From NCBI RefSeq assembly GCF_006345805.1, contig NC_042998.1, positions 192,014,001 to 192,078,000 on the forward strand: a stretch of DNA of 64,000 nucleotides. Reading direction: 5' to 3'. The stretch comes from Octopus sinensis. Lineage: Eukaryota. Numbering within the stretch: the stretch's first letter is position 1; each line of letters begins with the position of its first letter. Shown in pieces: positions 1 to 12,111 of this stretch. The notes under the pieces were generated by a model. It was not told where the DNA came from and searched no databases. It saw nothing but the letters and a program-made list of their open reading frames with translations. The translations under genes and the position numbers were made by a program.

Positions 1-524
1 CTACCACTTTGCAAATTAATAATTCTTCAAATCTAAGCACAAGGCCTATAATTTTTTAGGGAGAAAGTAAGTTAATTACATCGACTCAACAATTACATCG
101 ACTCCGTACTCAACTGGTAATTATTTCTTCAAGCTCCGAAAGGATGAAAGATAAGGTCGACTTCAGCCGAATTTGAACTTAGAGCGTAAAGTACTAGAAA
201 AATATTCCAAAATTAGGAATAGTTATTATTATTCTTCAATGAACATATTCTAAATGGTTTTGAAATATCAGCTAATTAAATTTATCTAAATCTCAAGAGA
301 AACAACTTTTTTTTGTACAACAACAAACAAGTTTGCGTTTTTTACATTTTATAAGAAACCATAGCACGTTTTAATTTCATATAAATTTTAATCATTCACT
401 ACAATCATGTACAACAGTCGCTGTCGTCGTCGTCGTTATTGTAGTTGTTAAGCGACTGGTCAACAATGATCTAATAGTCGTAGTCGTTTTAACTGTAACC
501 ATCATGTATTTTTGTATATCTATT

Positions 525-910
525 GGTGGAAGCACTCCGTCGGTTACGACGACGAGGGTTCCGGTTGATCCGATCAACGGAACAGCCTGCTCGTGAAATT
601 AACGTGCAAGTGACTGAGCACTCCACAGACACGTGTACCCTTAACGTAGTTCTCGGGGATATTCAGCGTGACACAGAGAGTGACAAGGCCGGCCCTTTGA
701 AATACAGGTACAACAGAAACAGGAAGTAAGAGTGAGAGAAAGTTGTGGTGAAAGAGTACAGCAGGGATCACCACCATCCCCTGCCGGAGTCTCGTGGAGC
801 TATAGGTGTTTTCGCTCAATAAACACTCAGAACGCCCGGTTTGGTAATCGAAACCGCGATCCTATGACCACGAGTCCGCTGCCCCAACCACTGGGCCATT
901 GCGCCTCCAC
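525..910 (-). mobile_element. tRNA-derived SINE, group A (tail type A1), full length
   Basis: Near-identical to copies at 8085, 8831, 12112 and 14956. Head has A box (TGGCCCAGTGG) and B-box-like TTCGATT, (CCA)n 3' end, TSD atatctatt at 516-524 / 911-919. Confidence 0.92.
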
Positions 911-954
911 ATATCTATTACCTAATACTTTATCCCTTTCTAAAGACTTTTGCA

Positions 955-1389
955 GGTTCTTTTCGGTTTGACCGGCAGTTTTTTCTAGCGGTGTCATATG
1001 AAATTGTCACCCATAATTATGACCCTAGTATCGATCTATTGCATATCGATCTATTTTAGGGTTAGGGTTAGTTAGTGTAGGTTAGGGTTAGGGATGGGGG
1101 AAGGGTATCTTTGTTTCTTCACAAATGTAAATAAACCCAATCTGTTTCTTAATCGAGGGACATATTCATATGGCACAGAATGTTTTCACCTCAATAGACG
1201 TCATTGATTGTTTGAAATTGCAGAAATTGAAGAAAAAAACAACAAATATCTTACAAACTATAGAATTTTCTCAATAAAGCCAAGAGAAAAAGATGTTTTA
1301 TAAACACATTCTACCAGTATACGAAGTTTAAAAGTGTTTAGTTACGTGGAAATTATTAAAAAAAACTGCCGTTCAAACCGAAAAGATCC
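955..1389. mobile_element. MITE / non-autonomous DNA transposon with internal TTAGGG repeats
   Basis: About 30-bp imperfect TIRs GGTTCTTTTTCGGTTTGACCGGCAGTTTTTT / AAAAAAACTGCCGTTCAAACCGAAAAGATCC; 8-bp TSD cttttgca / tttttgca (1 mismatch); TTAGGG units at about 1056-1093. Confidence 0.85.
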
Positions 1390-1509
1390 TTTTTGCAAGA
1401 TAACTGTTGAGAAAGGTTTGGCTGATATTTTTAGCATATATAGCGACCACATAGACACTTCATCGTTGGCTCTATGAGTAATAGGTGTAGACTGATGGTA
1501 AGACTTACA

Positions 1510-1961
1510 ATGAGATACTGCTCCTAGGTCTGGGAGAGCATAAGCGCCACACAGTCATTGTAAGTCGAATCCAGTTTATTGGATTTGATCTAGAATGACT
1601 GATTAGCATGAAGTCCCTAACAAATATATTTTGTCCTCTGGTACACAAACATGGTTTTTCAGCCGCCTTTTTCGTCCAATATAGTGACTTTTGCTTTTCA
1701 AGTGTGGCCGGAATCGAGCTACCGCGCGCATGCGCTCTTATCACTCCTTTATCTTGTTCCCATCATACGCATTGTGTCCAATGACGAGAAGCCACATGTC
1801 CGGTACCTTCTGCCAAGAACACTGAGTCTCTGCTATTCTCTCTCTTCCCATATTTCATGCAATCGTTTTGTAACACTTTGAGCGACATATTAACGTCACC
1901 AAGTGTCACCAATCTCGAATGGCTTGCGATGGTCATGGTCACAGCTCCTTTCTCCGAATTC
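1510..1961 (-). other. possible host exon (5' UTR or first coding exon)
   Basis: Unique, higher-GC block bounded on the minus strand by ttcttgtctgtttgaatag (acceptor-like) and gtaagt (donor-like). Could end in MTVWRLCSPRPRSSIS. No recognisable domain. Confidence 0.25.
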
Positions 1962-2591
1962 CTATTCAAACAGACAAGAAATTAGAAAAAAGTGGACCAG
2001 ATATAACGATTGTAGATAAGGAAAAGTGAAGTTGCTTACTAATATATGAGTGAAGACACTTATGTGGTATCTTTACAACCATTAAGATCTATAGAGAGAA
2101 ATTTATCCGTGCGTGAAAAAAAACCAGAAAGGACCTGAATACGGTACTATTAACGGAGGTTTAACAACATCGTTGTGCACAAAAAACGTGAGTCCAAGAA
2201 GTAAAGCTTTCTTCAAAGCAGAGCTAGAAATACAATTGTCAAGTAGGTAAAAGGTTTTAAACAGGAGCGATATATTAAATATTGGTAAAACTAAAAATTG
2301 TCGAAGATAAATTAAATTTATTATTGCTACTGAATATGTTAGTGTTACTAAATTTCCGAACGGTTTTGCTGCCGTTTGCTTATGTAGTTTGATTTCATTA
2401 TCCATCAGTTTCTACTAAGATAGAGATGCGAGTGAAATAAATAATAGAGAATCGAAAATAAAACTTTGGAAACAACAATACCGCCATAACTTAGTGGAAA
2501 CCATGAGCGTGCTTTCAATGGAGATAATCAGAGAAAGACTTTAAAATGAACGTAAGATTGTAAAATTTCATGTAAAGTAAAGTAAACATAG

Positions 2592-2678
2592 ACGTAGGTG
2601 TGGCTATGGGTTGTGTGATAAGTAGCTAGCTTACCAACCACATGGTTCCGAGTTAAGTCCCACTGCGTGGCACCTTGG
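2592..2678 (+). mobile_element. SINE group C 5' fragment
   Basis: Matches the group C head up to cccactgcgtggcaccttgg, then truncated. Confidence 0.7.
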
Positions 2679-2689
2679 CTTAAAGGAGT

Positions 2690-2920
2690 AAAAGATTAAA
2701 ATGAGAATAGCAAATAACCCAGAACCCTTGTCCGCTACCGGATCGATTCCAAAATCTAAACACTTCGTGCTAATCCGTTCGTGCCAGTCATGAGACCAAA
2801 CGTCCCTGAAAGTTTCATCCGAATCCATCGGGCGGTTCTTGAGATATCTTGTCCACGGCCAAACAAAGAAAAAAACACGAGTGAAAACAATACCTCCGCC
2901 TTTGCTAAAGCAGAGGTAAT
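2690..2920 (+). mobile_element. Helentron-type non-autonomous element, terminal part
   Basis: Ends in the palindrome tacctccgcctttgctaaagcagaggta, similar to the terminus at 8682-8700. Confidence 0.5.
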
Positions 2921-5044
2921 TATAATAATAATAATTATAACACTTCGTTTTTAATCACCCTCGGAAGGATGTAAACAAAATCCACCTAAGCAGGATTTGA
3001 ACTCAGGAAGTGAAATGTCCTAAATAAATTCTAATTATCATTATACAGACGCTTTAATGATTCTGCTTCTTACCAGTAATGAGTGTTACTTGTTAAGGTA
3101 TTTAATATATGCCATCATATGCTGTCACACTAAAACATCTCTGTCCAATGGTTTCTATTTAGGTACGTTGTGTAGAAGCATATTTAATCTTACACTATCA
3201 AATTAACAATTATATTTTCTGACATGAGCCAGTATTGACATACACTGCAACATAGTCATTGCACTTAAACCATTATTGACGCATGCTAAACAGCTAAAAA
3301 CTTTCAACCGAAATATTTGCCTCCATTTGTATCTCCTTTATTTATTTGTTTTTTTGTAAGCAATTTTTTCCACCAACTTTAAAAGTTGTTTTGATTCTAA
3401 TTGCAGCTGAATGCTTTGTAATTATTTGAAATATAGTTTTCATTGGATAGTATTGTTGTATTAATTACAGCAGCATATAATGAAGTTTCATTAATTGCTA
3501 AAAAATTGGAATTATTGATTTCAATCAACTACTCATACGAAAGATAAACAACAGCAGTAGAGACAACCACTACTACCACTATAATACTTCTACCGTTACT
3601 ACATGAACTCCTAAAAGAGCTATTGATAAAAATAATGATTTCTCACATTGGCACAAGGTTGTACAATTGCAGAAGGAGGAGAGTAAAAGATTTAATTAAC
3701 TGGAATACATGCCTGATAATTACTTCATCGACCCTTGAGGCAACAACGGTAAAATTTATCTCCAGTGATTTTTTACTCCAGAATATATGACAACACTACA
3801 TAAATTAAGACTTTTATTCCAATGCTAGTTCTACACTATCAGCTAGTCAGCAAGATTTTAAATATTGGTTTGCAGACATTCCATATTTGAAAGTTACAGA
3901 AATTTAGATATTCTGACACCCGTGTCGTTGCTATCAAGCTCCAGGTCATCCTTGGACTTGCTGACTTGTAGTCAATGCATCGCAGCGATGCATATCTCAT
4001 CTACGCTTTATTGCTTTCCCCCCATTATCAGTGTATCTAGGACCATCTTATTCCATGCGTTCTATCTTCTTTTTAAAATGATAGGTTTAATTTGAGGGCG
4101 ATTTACCTAACGTTCTCCAGGTGGTTCGGTGAGGTACTTCTTTTTTTCCAATGGCAATGAAACATGCAAAGACATGTTGAATTGAATGTTGAAACTCCAT
4201 CAGAATGACGGTTTCTACAGATCTCAAATCTTCAGTGTGTCTTACACTAATTAGGATTTCATGAGTTACTACAACTCAAGAAAACTGTAGTAGAGGTAAA
4301 TAACCGATCCAAATTCACTAGGTTTAAAATCGCTGCTGCTTTTAGCTCCGTGCAATGCTTTGATCTAGCGAACATATTGTTAAAGTAGTCCCGGGTGTGA
4401 TTTTGCCTTGGTGTTCCTACATACATATCAAACTACATCTGGAAGTACAGGGCCAGAAGATATTTCAACTCAGTTTGCTGATTCTCTACCTAGTCAAGTA
4501 TGATCTACAATGGAAAACTGCTGCTGCATATTGGACAGTACTGCAAACACTTTGCAAGTATATACGAGATCACAACCAACAAAACAATACTCAGCTACTC
4601 AGATGTGTTGTCTCCTTAAACTGCATATTCCGGTGTTACTGTAGCAGTATAAATAAATACATGCATATCTACATATATGTACATTCGAACGACGAAAAAA
4701 CAGAGAAACGAGACATGCAACATAAAGAATATTCTATATGTTGCTTGTCTCGTTTCTTTTGGTGTATGAGGATGGCCTCAGAGATTCTAAGGTCGACCCT
4801 GTTCCGCTGTGTTGCTTTGATGTGCACTGTGAATTCCCGGGTCTGTCATTTCCGTAGATATTTTTTGATGGAAGTATCTGCCTGCATGTATGTGGGAGAG
4901 CCATTATGTCAATATTATTAACACACGCACTGGTTCAATTTCACACCTCTATTATTAGTGAGTTAGTTAAATGTCACACGATCTAATCGATTGTTTGTTT
5001 AATTTGGTTAAACAGTGAGTCCTTTGTTTTGTTTTTGTTTGCTC

Positions 5045-5485
5045 GTATTTACATCCTTTAGTTATATACATTATTTGGTTCGACAGTTTTCTTAGTGATT
5101 TTTCTATTATTTCGCTTCCATCTGTTCAGTCTTTTTGTTCTTCAGCGAGTGCACCCTACAGGTGATAGTTTTCCTCTCCGTTTGCTCCATGATTCTTTTA
5201 GGCGGCGACAACTTCACGTCGCCACCCACCTTCTGCGTCAAGTTTCGAAATTCCTTTAGTCTACCCAGGTCTACATCCATTCCCTTCTCAGAAAAACTAC
5301 TTGTTGTTTCCAATATTCCGTCCATTCTTCTCACCGCCTTCACCGGCTCCTCCTCTGCTGAAGACAATTCAGATCCGCTAAAGTCTGAATACATTTTGTC
5401 TAAACCGCTGCCAAGCAGCACAAAATTCCTCTCCGACTCTAAAAAAAAAAACAAGCAACTGAATCAACACATGCTCAGTAATCGG
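5045..5485 (-). pseudogene. divergent, 3'-truncated ORF1 of the Tx1/L1-like family seen at 52097-54019
   Basis: LKEFRNLTQKVGGDVKLSPPKRIMEQTERKTITCR aligns by eye with LKEYEKFVKREGDSVKLVPPVETIEEKNNMTITYR. After a 1-nt frameshift near 5110 it continues IIEKSLRKLSNQIMYITKGCKY versus EIEKCLGDIMKKATFVDRGKKY. ATG at 5394. Confidence 0.75.
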
Positions 5486-5535
5486 ACGCAAACTTCTTAC
5501 CACACAGCCACTACAACGCGTATAAAAAAATTATC

Positions 5536-5650
5536 TGTCAGAAGTGAGATTCGAACCCACGCCCACATTCGTCGACTAGAATACTTGACGTTCTGGTTAA
5601 GATAACATGTACTTTGAGTCTGGCGCCTTAGACTGCTCGGCCAACCTGAC
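5536..5650 (-). tRNA. tRNA-Leu(CAA) with 31-nt intron, probably a pseudogene
   Basis: GTCAGGTTGGCCGAGCAGTCTAAGGCGCCAGACTCAAA-[intron 5582-5612]-TTCTAGTCGACGAATGTGGGCGTGGGTTCGAATCTCACTTCTGACA; long variable arm; T7 terminator at 5524-5530. Mismatches in acceptor (T:T), anticodon stem (C:A) and variable arm (G:G). Confidence 0.88.
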
Positions 5651-8084
5651 AACTTGCAACCTTTTCAATGACCTTCGTCTTAGTCCATTAGGGAGGCCGC
5701 GTTTGTCTTCCGGAGACCTTGTTGCATGTGTATGTGTGCGTGTGCTTGAGTATGATAACAATAAACACCAAAACATTAATGTGAAGGTAAGCTAGAGATA
5801 CAAAGGACAAAAAGAGACGGCAGTGGGTGTGAAATTTTCCTTTTCTTTATTTCTGGGACGCCTAACTTGTTTTCTTTTTCAGGTGCTGAGTTTATTACTT
5901 CGTAATTGAGGGAAACGAAACGTTTATAAGGAAATGTTATTTGAAATTGTCTTTATTAAATTCTGTTTCAGTAAAATATTTTTTTATAAGGTCATATATT
6001 TTGTTACTCTCCCCAGAGCTGAATCCATACCGATTTAGAATGTACATTATATCTAAGATTTTTAGTATTCACAAATTTACACCCGAACTCTGTAAGTCAT
6101 TATAAAAATTTTAATCAAAGATATTTGTTCATACACGCGACTAAAATTGTTGCAAGAGGTAATATGAATCGTGTTTTTATACTGACTTCGAAAGGATGAC
6201 CAGCTTAATCAACTTCAGAGGGATTTGAACTTGTTGAGACTTAATATTGCCTTTTGGGTGATTCATAGTATATCATTCTTTTTTGAAATTACTTACTATA
6301 GCCTTATTGGAATATGCTTCAGGCAATTATCAGCTGAGCAAAAGCAATGTGTGCTGAAAATAGCCATCACTTCAAATTGTTGAGCAAATACTTAAGTGTC
6401 ACCAGGTGAGAAATCACAACTGCTGCTGTAATAGAATCGATATCTGGAATATTTATATCTTATATCGACACCATGGCGATAACACACATCATGGCTGGAA
6501 GCTGGAAATTATGATTGACAGTTTAATTCATTCTACTTAAAGAAAACAAAGCAAACTACTTATAATTCATCATAGTCACTGGACAACAAATGACGCTTCA
6601 AAGGATTTCAGAAAACTATTGTTTTATGTTGGCATCAAAGAACCGACAGATTACATTGTGTTCTAAATAAATAAGTCTACTGTATGTATACACACACACA
6701 CACCATACACCACACAACACACACACAGACATATTTAAATATATAAGTAGTAATTTATGTCGTTTTAAATTATATACTTTTATTTGTATACTAGTCAACA
6801 GAAAATAAACAGACTGTGTGTATTTTAATGATTTTATATAATTTACAGTGGTCAGCTTTTAAAGTTGAAGATTTAAGAAAATAATTGTATGTTTTTAGTC
6901 TGTCCATTCGATGGCCGGCATCGACTTCTTCATTAATTATCAGATAGAACATTTGTATTTGAAATACCAATTGTAGGTTAATTTTTATGGTCGATAGGTA
7001 TTAATTAAGGTATTTCAAAATGTATCATTTCAGGTTATTAAGTCAATCAAAAGAACAAGACTTTGAATATTTAGACTATCATCGAAGTAATAATTGATTT
7101 CACTTCTATTTCTTCCGTCCATCATGATATCAATTGAATAGAAAAGTAGTGGCTTTCGTTTCTCTTTGCATTTGTAGTCTGTCTTTTCATCAATAATTCG
7201 ATATAAATATCTTAACTATTACAAAGAGGCTGATGCAATGACTCGGTTATCAAGATGTGAACTTGACAAAATCTTTTAGTGCATCATCACTTTTTGTAAT
7301 TATAAATTTGATTATCACCGGGTGTTGCAAGTTCATTCAATTTTTCAGCCTTTGTACATTCTAAATATACTTGACCTAATTTTCTATTTAAAAAAGCATT
7401 GATTTTTGAAACAAGTGTCTAACTGAATCAGCAATGACATGAAATGCAAACTCTAACTATAACAATATATTACTCTCGTTAGATACACATTTTTTCTTTC
7501 TTCCTATTCTTCTATTTTCGATTTCATTTGTCTTTCCTTTCTTCATCTTCGATTAGTTTTCGTTTGCTGCTCTTTCATATGATGGCAAGTATTTCACCAC
7601 TGAAACTCAGTCATAACATAAAAAAACAAGGCCGTAGAATGATAAACAAAGTTCATATTACACATTTTTTGCATAGAAAACCGGCGAACATCCCACTAAA
7701 ACTGATGGACAAACCTCTGTACGCAGTGTTATTGGGTCACTTTCTCAAAAATCTATGTTATTAGTATGACGGTTTTCTATCATTAAATAATTGCTGCATC
7801 CGATATTTACTGATTGATGTATAGAATTTTTGTACCTAAATGCTATTTCAACAGCAAATTTGTGTGTGGGTGTGTGTGTACACTGGGAATGAATAGAGAC
7901 AATATATCCAAGTGGGTGCCCTACAAGCCCGTTTGTATAATCCAAATTACGATTAACCGCATTATTGGATTATAAACAGATTGTTGAGAGTATAGCCAAG
8001 AAAATCCAAATAAAGAAAGGAACAATACATCTACACACTCTTGTTTTTCAGTATTACAGTCAATTATACAGCATATTTATAAGG

Positions 8085-8468
8085 GGAGGCGCAATGGCCC
8101 AGTGGTTAGGGCAGCGGACTCGCGGTCATAGGATCGCGGTTTCGATTCCCAGACCGGGCGTTGTGAGTGTTTATTGAGCGAAAACACCTAAAAGCTCCAC
8201 GAGGCTCCGGCAGGGGATGGTGGTGATCCCTGCTGTACTCTTTCACCACAACTTTCTCTCACTCTTACTTCCTGTTTCTGTTGTACCTGTACTTCAAAGG
8301 ACCGGCCTTGTCACTCACTGTGTCACGCTGCATATCCCCGAGAACTACGTTAAAGGTACACGTGTCTGTGGAGTGCTCAGCCACTTACACGTTAATTTCA
8401 CGAGCAGGCTGTTCCGTTGATTCGGATCAACCGGAACCCTCGTCGTCGTAACCGACGGAGTGCTTCCA
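8085..8468 (+). mobile_element. SINE group A (A1), full length
   Basis: Family sequence; 12-bp TSD atatttataagg at 8073-8084 / 8469-8480. Confidence 0.95.
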
Positions 8469-8571
8469 ATATTTATAAGGTCAATTTCATAACCGATTTT
8501 ATAGCCGTATCAGGTTTCTAAATGTTTCTCTCTCATTCTTTGCACTCAAAACCCATCATCCCATACCAAAT

Positions 8572-8700
8572 ACTAGAAAAACACTCGGGGAGCGCAGACC
8601 TCCGCCAAGCAGCTCAATTCCATTTATATACACGCATGCTGAAAATCGCCCAATTTCCCAAACCAATGCCGGCCAAAAAATTACCTTCTTGGCGGGGGTA
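8572..8700 (+). mobile_element. very short Helentron-associated (HINE/DINE-1-like) element
   Basis: Subterminal inverted repeat acctccgccaag (8598-8609) / cttggcgggggt (8688-8699), overlapping a terminal palindrome. Confidence 0.6.
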
Positions 8701-8830
8701 AAAATAATAAGACAGCCATATGATTTTTTTTAACCCTCTAAAAATGTGAAGGAGTTATAATACATCAATGACAACAGCTAGTTTCACCATACAACTAAAA
8801 AGAAACGCCAATTACCTAAAATTTGAGTGA

Positions 8831-9212
8831 TGGAAGCACTCCGTCGGTTACGACGACGAGGGTTCCGGTTGATCCGAATCAACGGAACAGCCTGCTCGTG
8901 AAATTAACGTGTAAGTGGCTGAGCACTCCACAGACACGTGTACCCTTAACGTAATGCTCGGGGATATTCAGCGTGACACAGAGAGTGACAAGGCCGGCCC
9001 TTTGAAATACAGGTACAACAGAAACAGGAAGTAAGAGTGAGAGAAAGTTGTGGTGAAAGAGTACAGCAGGGAGCACCACCATCTCTGCCGGAGCCTCGTG
9101 GAGCTTTAGGTGTTTTCGCTCAATAAACACTCACAACGTCCGGTCTGGGAATCGAAACCGCGATCCTACGACCGCGAGTCCGCTGCCCTAACCACTGGGC
9201 CATTGCGCCTCC
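8831..9212 (-). mobile_element. SINE group A (A1), full length
   Basis: Family sequence; TSD aaatttgagtga at 8819-8830 / 9213-9224. Confidence 0.95.
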
Positions 9213-9899
9213 AAATTTGAGTGATACACACACACAACATCATGGTCGGAAAAGTAACGGTCATAAGAAAAATAAGGGAGAAGGGAAATGTCCACGATCA
9301 AAATAAATTATTAGTTTGATACTTTGAGAAATGCCGCAAGTTAATTAAACCTTTTCTAGCATTGTTCTTTCTATGAATACAGGTCAAGATGTAGACAGGA
9401 AGTAAAACGACAAAAATCTGAAGAAAAAAACAGAGTGCAACCAAGGTGATAATGCCCGCGTGATACCTGATGACAAAGTGGTACTCATTGTGTTCAACAG
9501 AGTAGATAATTGGGGGAAAACTATATGTGATAAATAGCATGAAATCTACAATGGAAAAAGTTCCTATTCGGAGTTTAGCGATATTTTTTTCTGATTTAGA
9601 GGAAACCATTTAACCGTAAATGTTTCTTCAATAGAAGGCTTAAATACCATCAAATACTTTCGTTTAGGAATTTCTTGCAGTGAAATTGCTCCACTAGTTG
9701 TATGGAGAATTCCATTTTGCCAATTTTTTCGCATCATTGTATTACATTTTAAAGAAATTATTATGGCATTATTTAGTATGCAGAATGGACCCTGGGAGTG
9801 TAATCCTGAACTATATTGTTGCTATTCATAATGCGTGAAACAACAATCTCACTATCTAATCTCTCTCTTGGAATATACATACATACATACATACATACA

Positions 9900-10131
9900 T
9901 ATTTCTTTACTACCCACAAGGGGCTAAACATAGAGGGGACAAACAAGGACAGACAAAGGGATTGAATCGATTACATCGACCCAGTGCGAAACTGGTACTT
10001 TATTTATCGACCCCGAGAGGATGAAAGGCAAAGTTGACCGCGGCGGAATTTGAACTCAGAACGTAACGGCAGACGAAATACGGCTACGCATTTCGCCCGG
10101 CGCGCTAACGTTTCTGTCAGTTCGCCGCCTT
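9900..10131 (-). mobile_element. SINE group B (about 230 bp)
   Basis: Multi-copy family with central GACTTTGCCTTTCATCCTTTCGGGGTCGATAAA..AAGTACCAG (Meta-domain-like) and tail AGCCCCTTGTGGGTAGTAAAGAAATA; inserted in (TACA)n. Confidence 0.92.
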
Positions 10132-10912
10132 ACATGCATACATATAGCTTCTGATCTTAATTGATTGGAAGTGTTATCATGTACATTGTTTTGTCTTGGT
10201 ATAAAAGATGGGCTACAGCAAATAGTCTGCTCAATACCACAGATGTGCTTGTCACTTGTTTGACCATAACCAGTTGAGCATGTCCCTTAAGTGGCTGACG
10301 ATATATGCATCTCTAATCACGAGCAGAAGTAGTGGGGGAGCATCATAGCCATGTGTTGAGAAGAATTCTTTGGGGTTTGGATAATTCACTTTTGGAAACA
10401 TGGATGTTTTGTTCAACATCCTGAAACAACCCTTAAACACGGACCTTTTGATGGCCTACTTGACTGAAGAAAATGCTAACTGCCCTCCCCCCCCGCAAGG
10501 TCATGTTCCGTTTATCGTGATATTAGATCACTATGTCGCGTGCTTATGGTTGTGATGCATGTGCCTGGTATACCCTTATCAGATAGGTATTCATGATGGT
10601 TATACCGGGCTTCGTATATTTTAGCTCAGCGTCACTTTGATGGCATGCACTGCTTTCTCACTCATACACACCCCTGTTATTGAATGCATACACAAAGATC
10701 AGCACAAGGAATATTGGTGGGACGCGTCCATCAAAACATCTGTCCATCAAAACGTCCATGAAGACATTAAAACAGCCCCAAAACAGCGGGGCTCTCTTAC
10801 TTCAGCAAAGACCTGGATGGAAATCACTCAGCATACAAAAAAAGACTATTCATGGGCATGTTCCCTGAAAGCTTGAAGAAGACAGTGAAATTGATACGAA
10901 GTAGCATATCTT

Positions 10913-11310
10913 TAGTACCGGAGCTGTGACTTCGCAATACCTATTTCTTTATTACCCACAAGGGGCTAAACACAGAGGGGCCAAACAAGGACAGACATAG
11001 GTATTAAGTCGATTACATCAACCCCAGTGCGTAACTGGTACTTAATTTATCGACCGCGAAAGGATGAAAGGCAAAGTCGACCTCGGCGGAATTTGAACTC
11101 ACAACGTAACGACAGACGAAATACCGCTAAGCATTTCGCCCGGCGCGCTAACGTTTCTGCCAGTTCGCCGCCTTTGGTGACTTCGCAATACCGAGAGGTC
11201 GTTGACTAACCTCGAGAGGCTCCTTGAACTTAGATCTCTGTAGCCTGTTGAGAAACAGTACTCCAGAGACCATTTGGCGTTCACACTGACAAGTCGCAGC
11301 TCCGGTGCTA
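10913..11310. mobile_element. small MITE interrupted by a SINE-B
   Basis: 20-bp TIRs tagtaccggagctgtgactt / aagtcgcagctccggtgcta (2 mismatches). Confidence 0.7.
10942..11176 (-). mobile_element. SINE group B
   Basis: Family sequence; 16-bp TSD gtgacttcgcaatacc at 10926-10941 / 11177-11192. Confidence 0.95.
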
Positions 11311-11315
11311 CAGGC

Positions 11316-11426
11316 CTCCTTTTTGGTCTATGTCTATGTCTCCTACCAGTTGGCCTGGATTAGAAGAAGCTGGATCCTTCAAGCCAGGCCAACTGGTAGG
11401 AGACATAGACATAGACCAAAAAGGAG
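11316..11426. repeat. perfect 43-bp inverted repeat with 25-nt loop
   Basis: 11316-11358 is the exact reverse complement of 11384-11426. Confidence 0.95.
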
Positions 11427-11432
11427 ATGATT

Positions 11433-11844
11433 GGAGTGGCTGTGTGGTAAGAAGCTTGCTAACCAACCACATGGTTCCGGGTTCAGTCCCACTGTGTGGC
11501 ATCTTGGGCAAGTGTCTTCTGCTGTAGCCCCGGGCCGACCAATGCCTTGTGAGTGGATTTAGTAGACGGAAACTGAAAGAAGCCTGTCGTATATATGTAT
11601 ATATATATATATGTGTGTGTGTGTGTATGTGCTTGTGTGTCTGTGTTTGTCCCCCTAGCATTGCTTGACAACCAATGCTGGTGCGTTTACGTCCTCGTCA
11701 TTTAGCGGTTCGGCAATAGGGACCGATAGAATAAGTACTGGGCTTACAAAGAATAAGTCCCGGGGTCGATTTGCTCGACTAAAAGGCGGTGCTCCAGCAT
11801 GGCCGCAGTCAACTGACTGAAACAAGTAAAAGAGTAAAAGAGTA
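11433..11844 (+). mobile_element. SINE group C (CORE-like domain, internal TA/TG microsatellite)
   Basis: Multi-copy; CORE-like gtggcatcttgggcaagtgtctt; tail ggcggtgctccagcatggccgcagtc..tgaaacaa(gtaaaaga)n. Confidence 0.92.
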
Positions 11845-12111
11845 TAGTATAAGTTGGTCAAGCTTGGGAATCTTTCTGGGAATTGTAAAGACGGTTGTTT
11901 CTCAAAGGACCATAGGGTAGAAGGTCTTGGGGTCTCAACCCACACGACCTTGCCTGGAACACTGAGAGAAGATAGATGTATTTTATACATGGTTTGCTTT
12001 TACACCAATGTACTCTTACGTTAGACACATCATATAGTCTTCATATATAACAAGTATAGAAAGTATTAGATGATGAATGCAATAAACTGTGGTTATGTGG
12101 TTGTAAAGGTT

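Noticed and set aside
574-819. Recurrent peptide MVVIPAVLFHHNFLSLLLP in several places
   Set aside because: Incidental ORF inside the multi-copy SINE-A; no evidence of coding constraint.
1056-1093. TTAGGG repeats as a chromosome end or fusion site
   Set aside because: Short, degenerate and enclosed within MITE TIRs.
1763-1765. In-frame TGA as selenocysteine or readthrough
   Set aside because: No selenoprotein motif or SECIS recognised; the peptide has no identifiable homology.
4397-4921. 174-aa ORF
   Set aside because: GTG start, no recognisable domain, composition typical of random AT-rich sequence.
10140-10900. Unique-looking block with a weak WWD..I.T motif (possible R4-type remnant)
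   Set aside because: Single copy in the window and too degraded to assign without a search.
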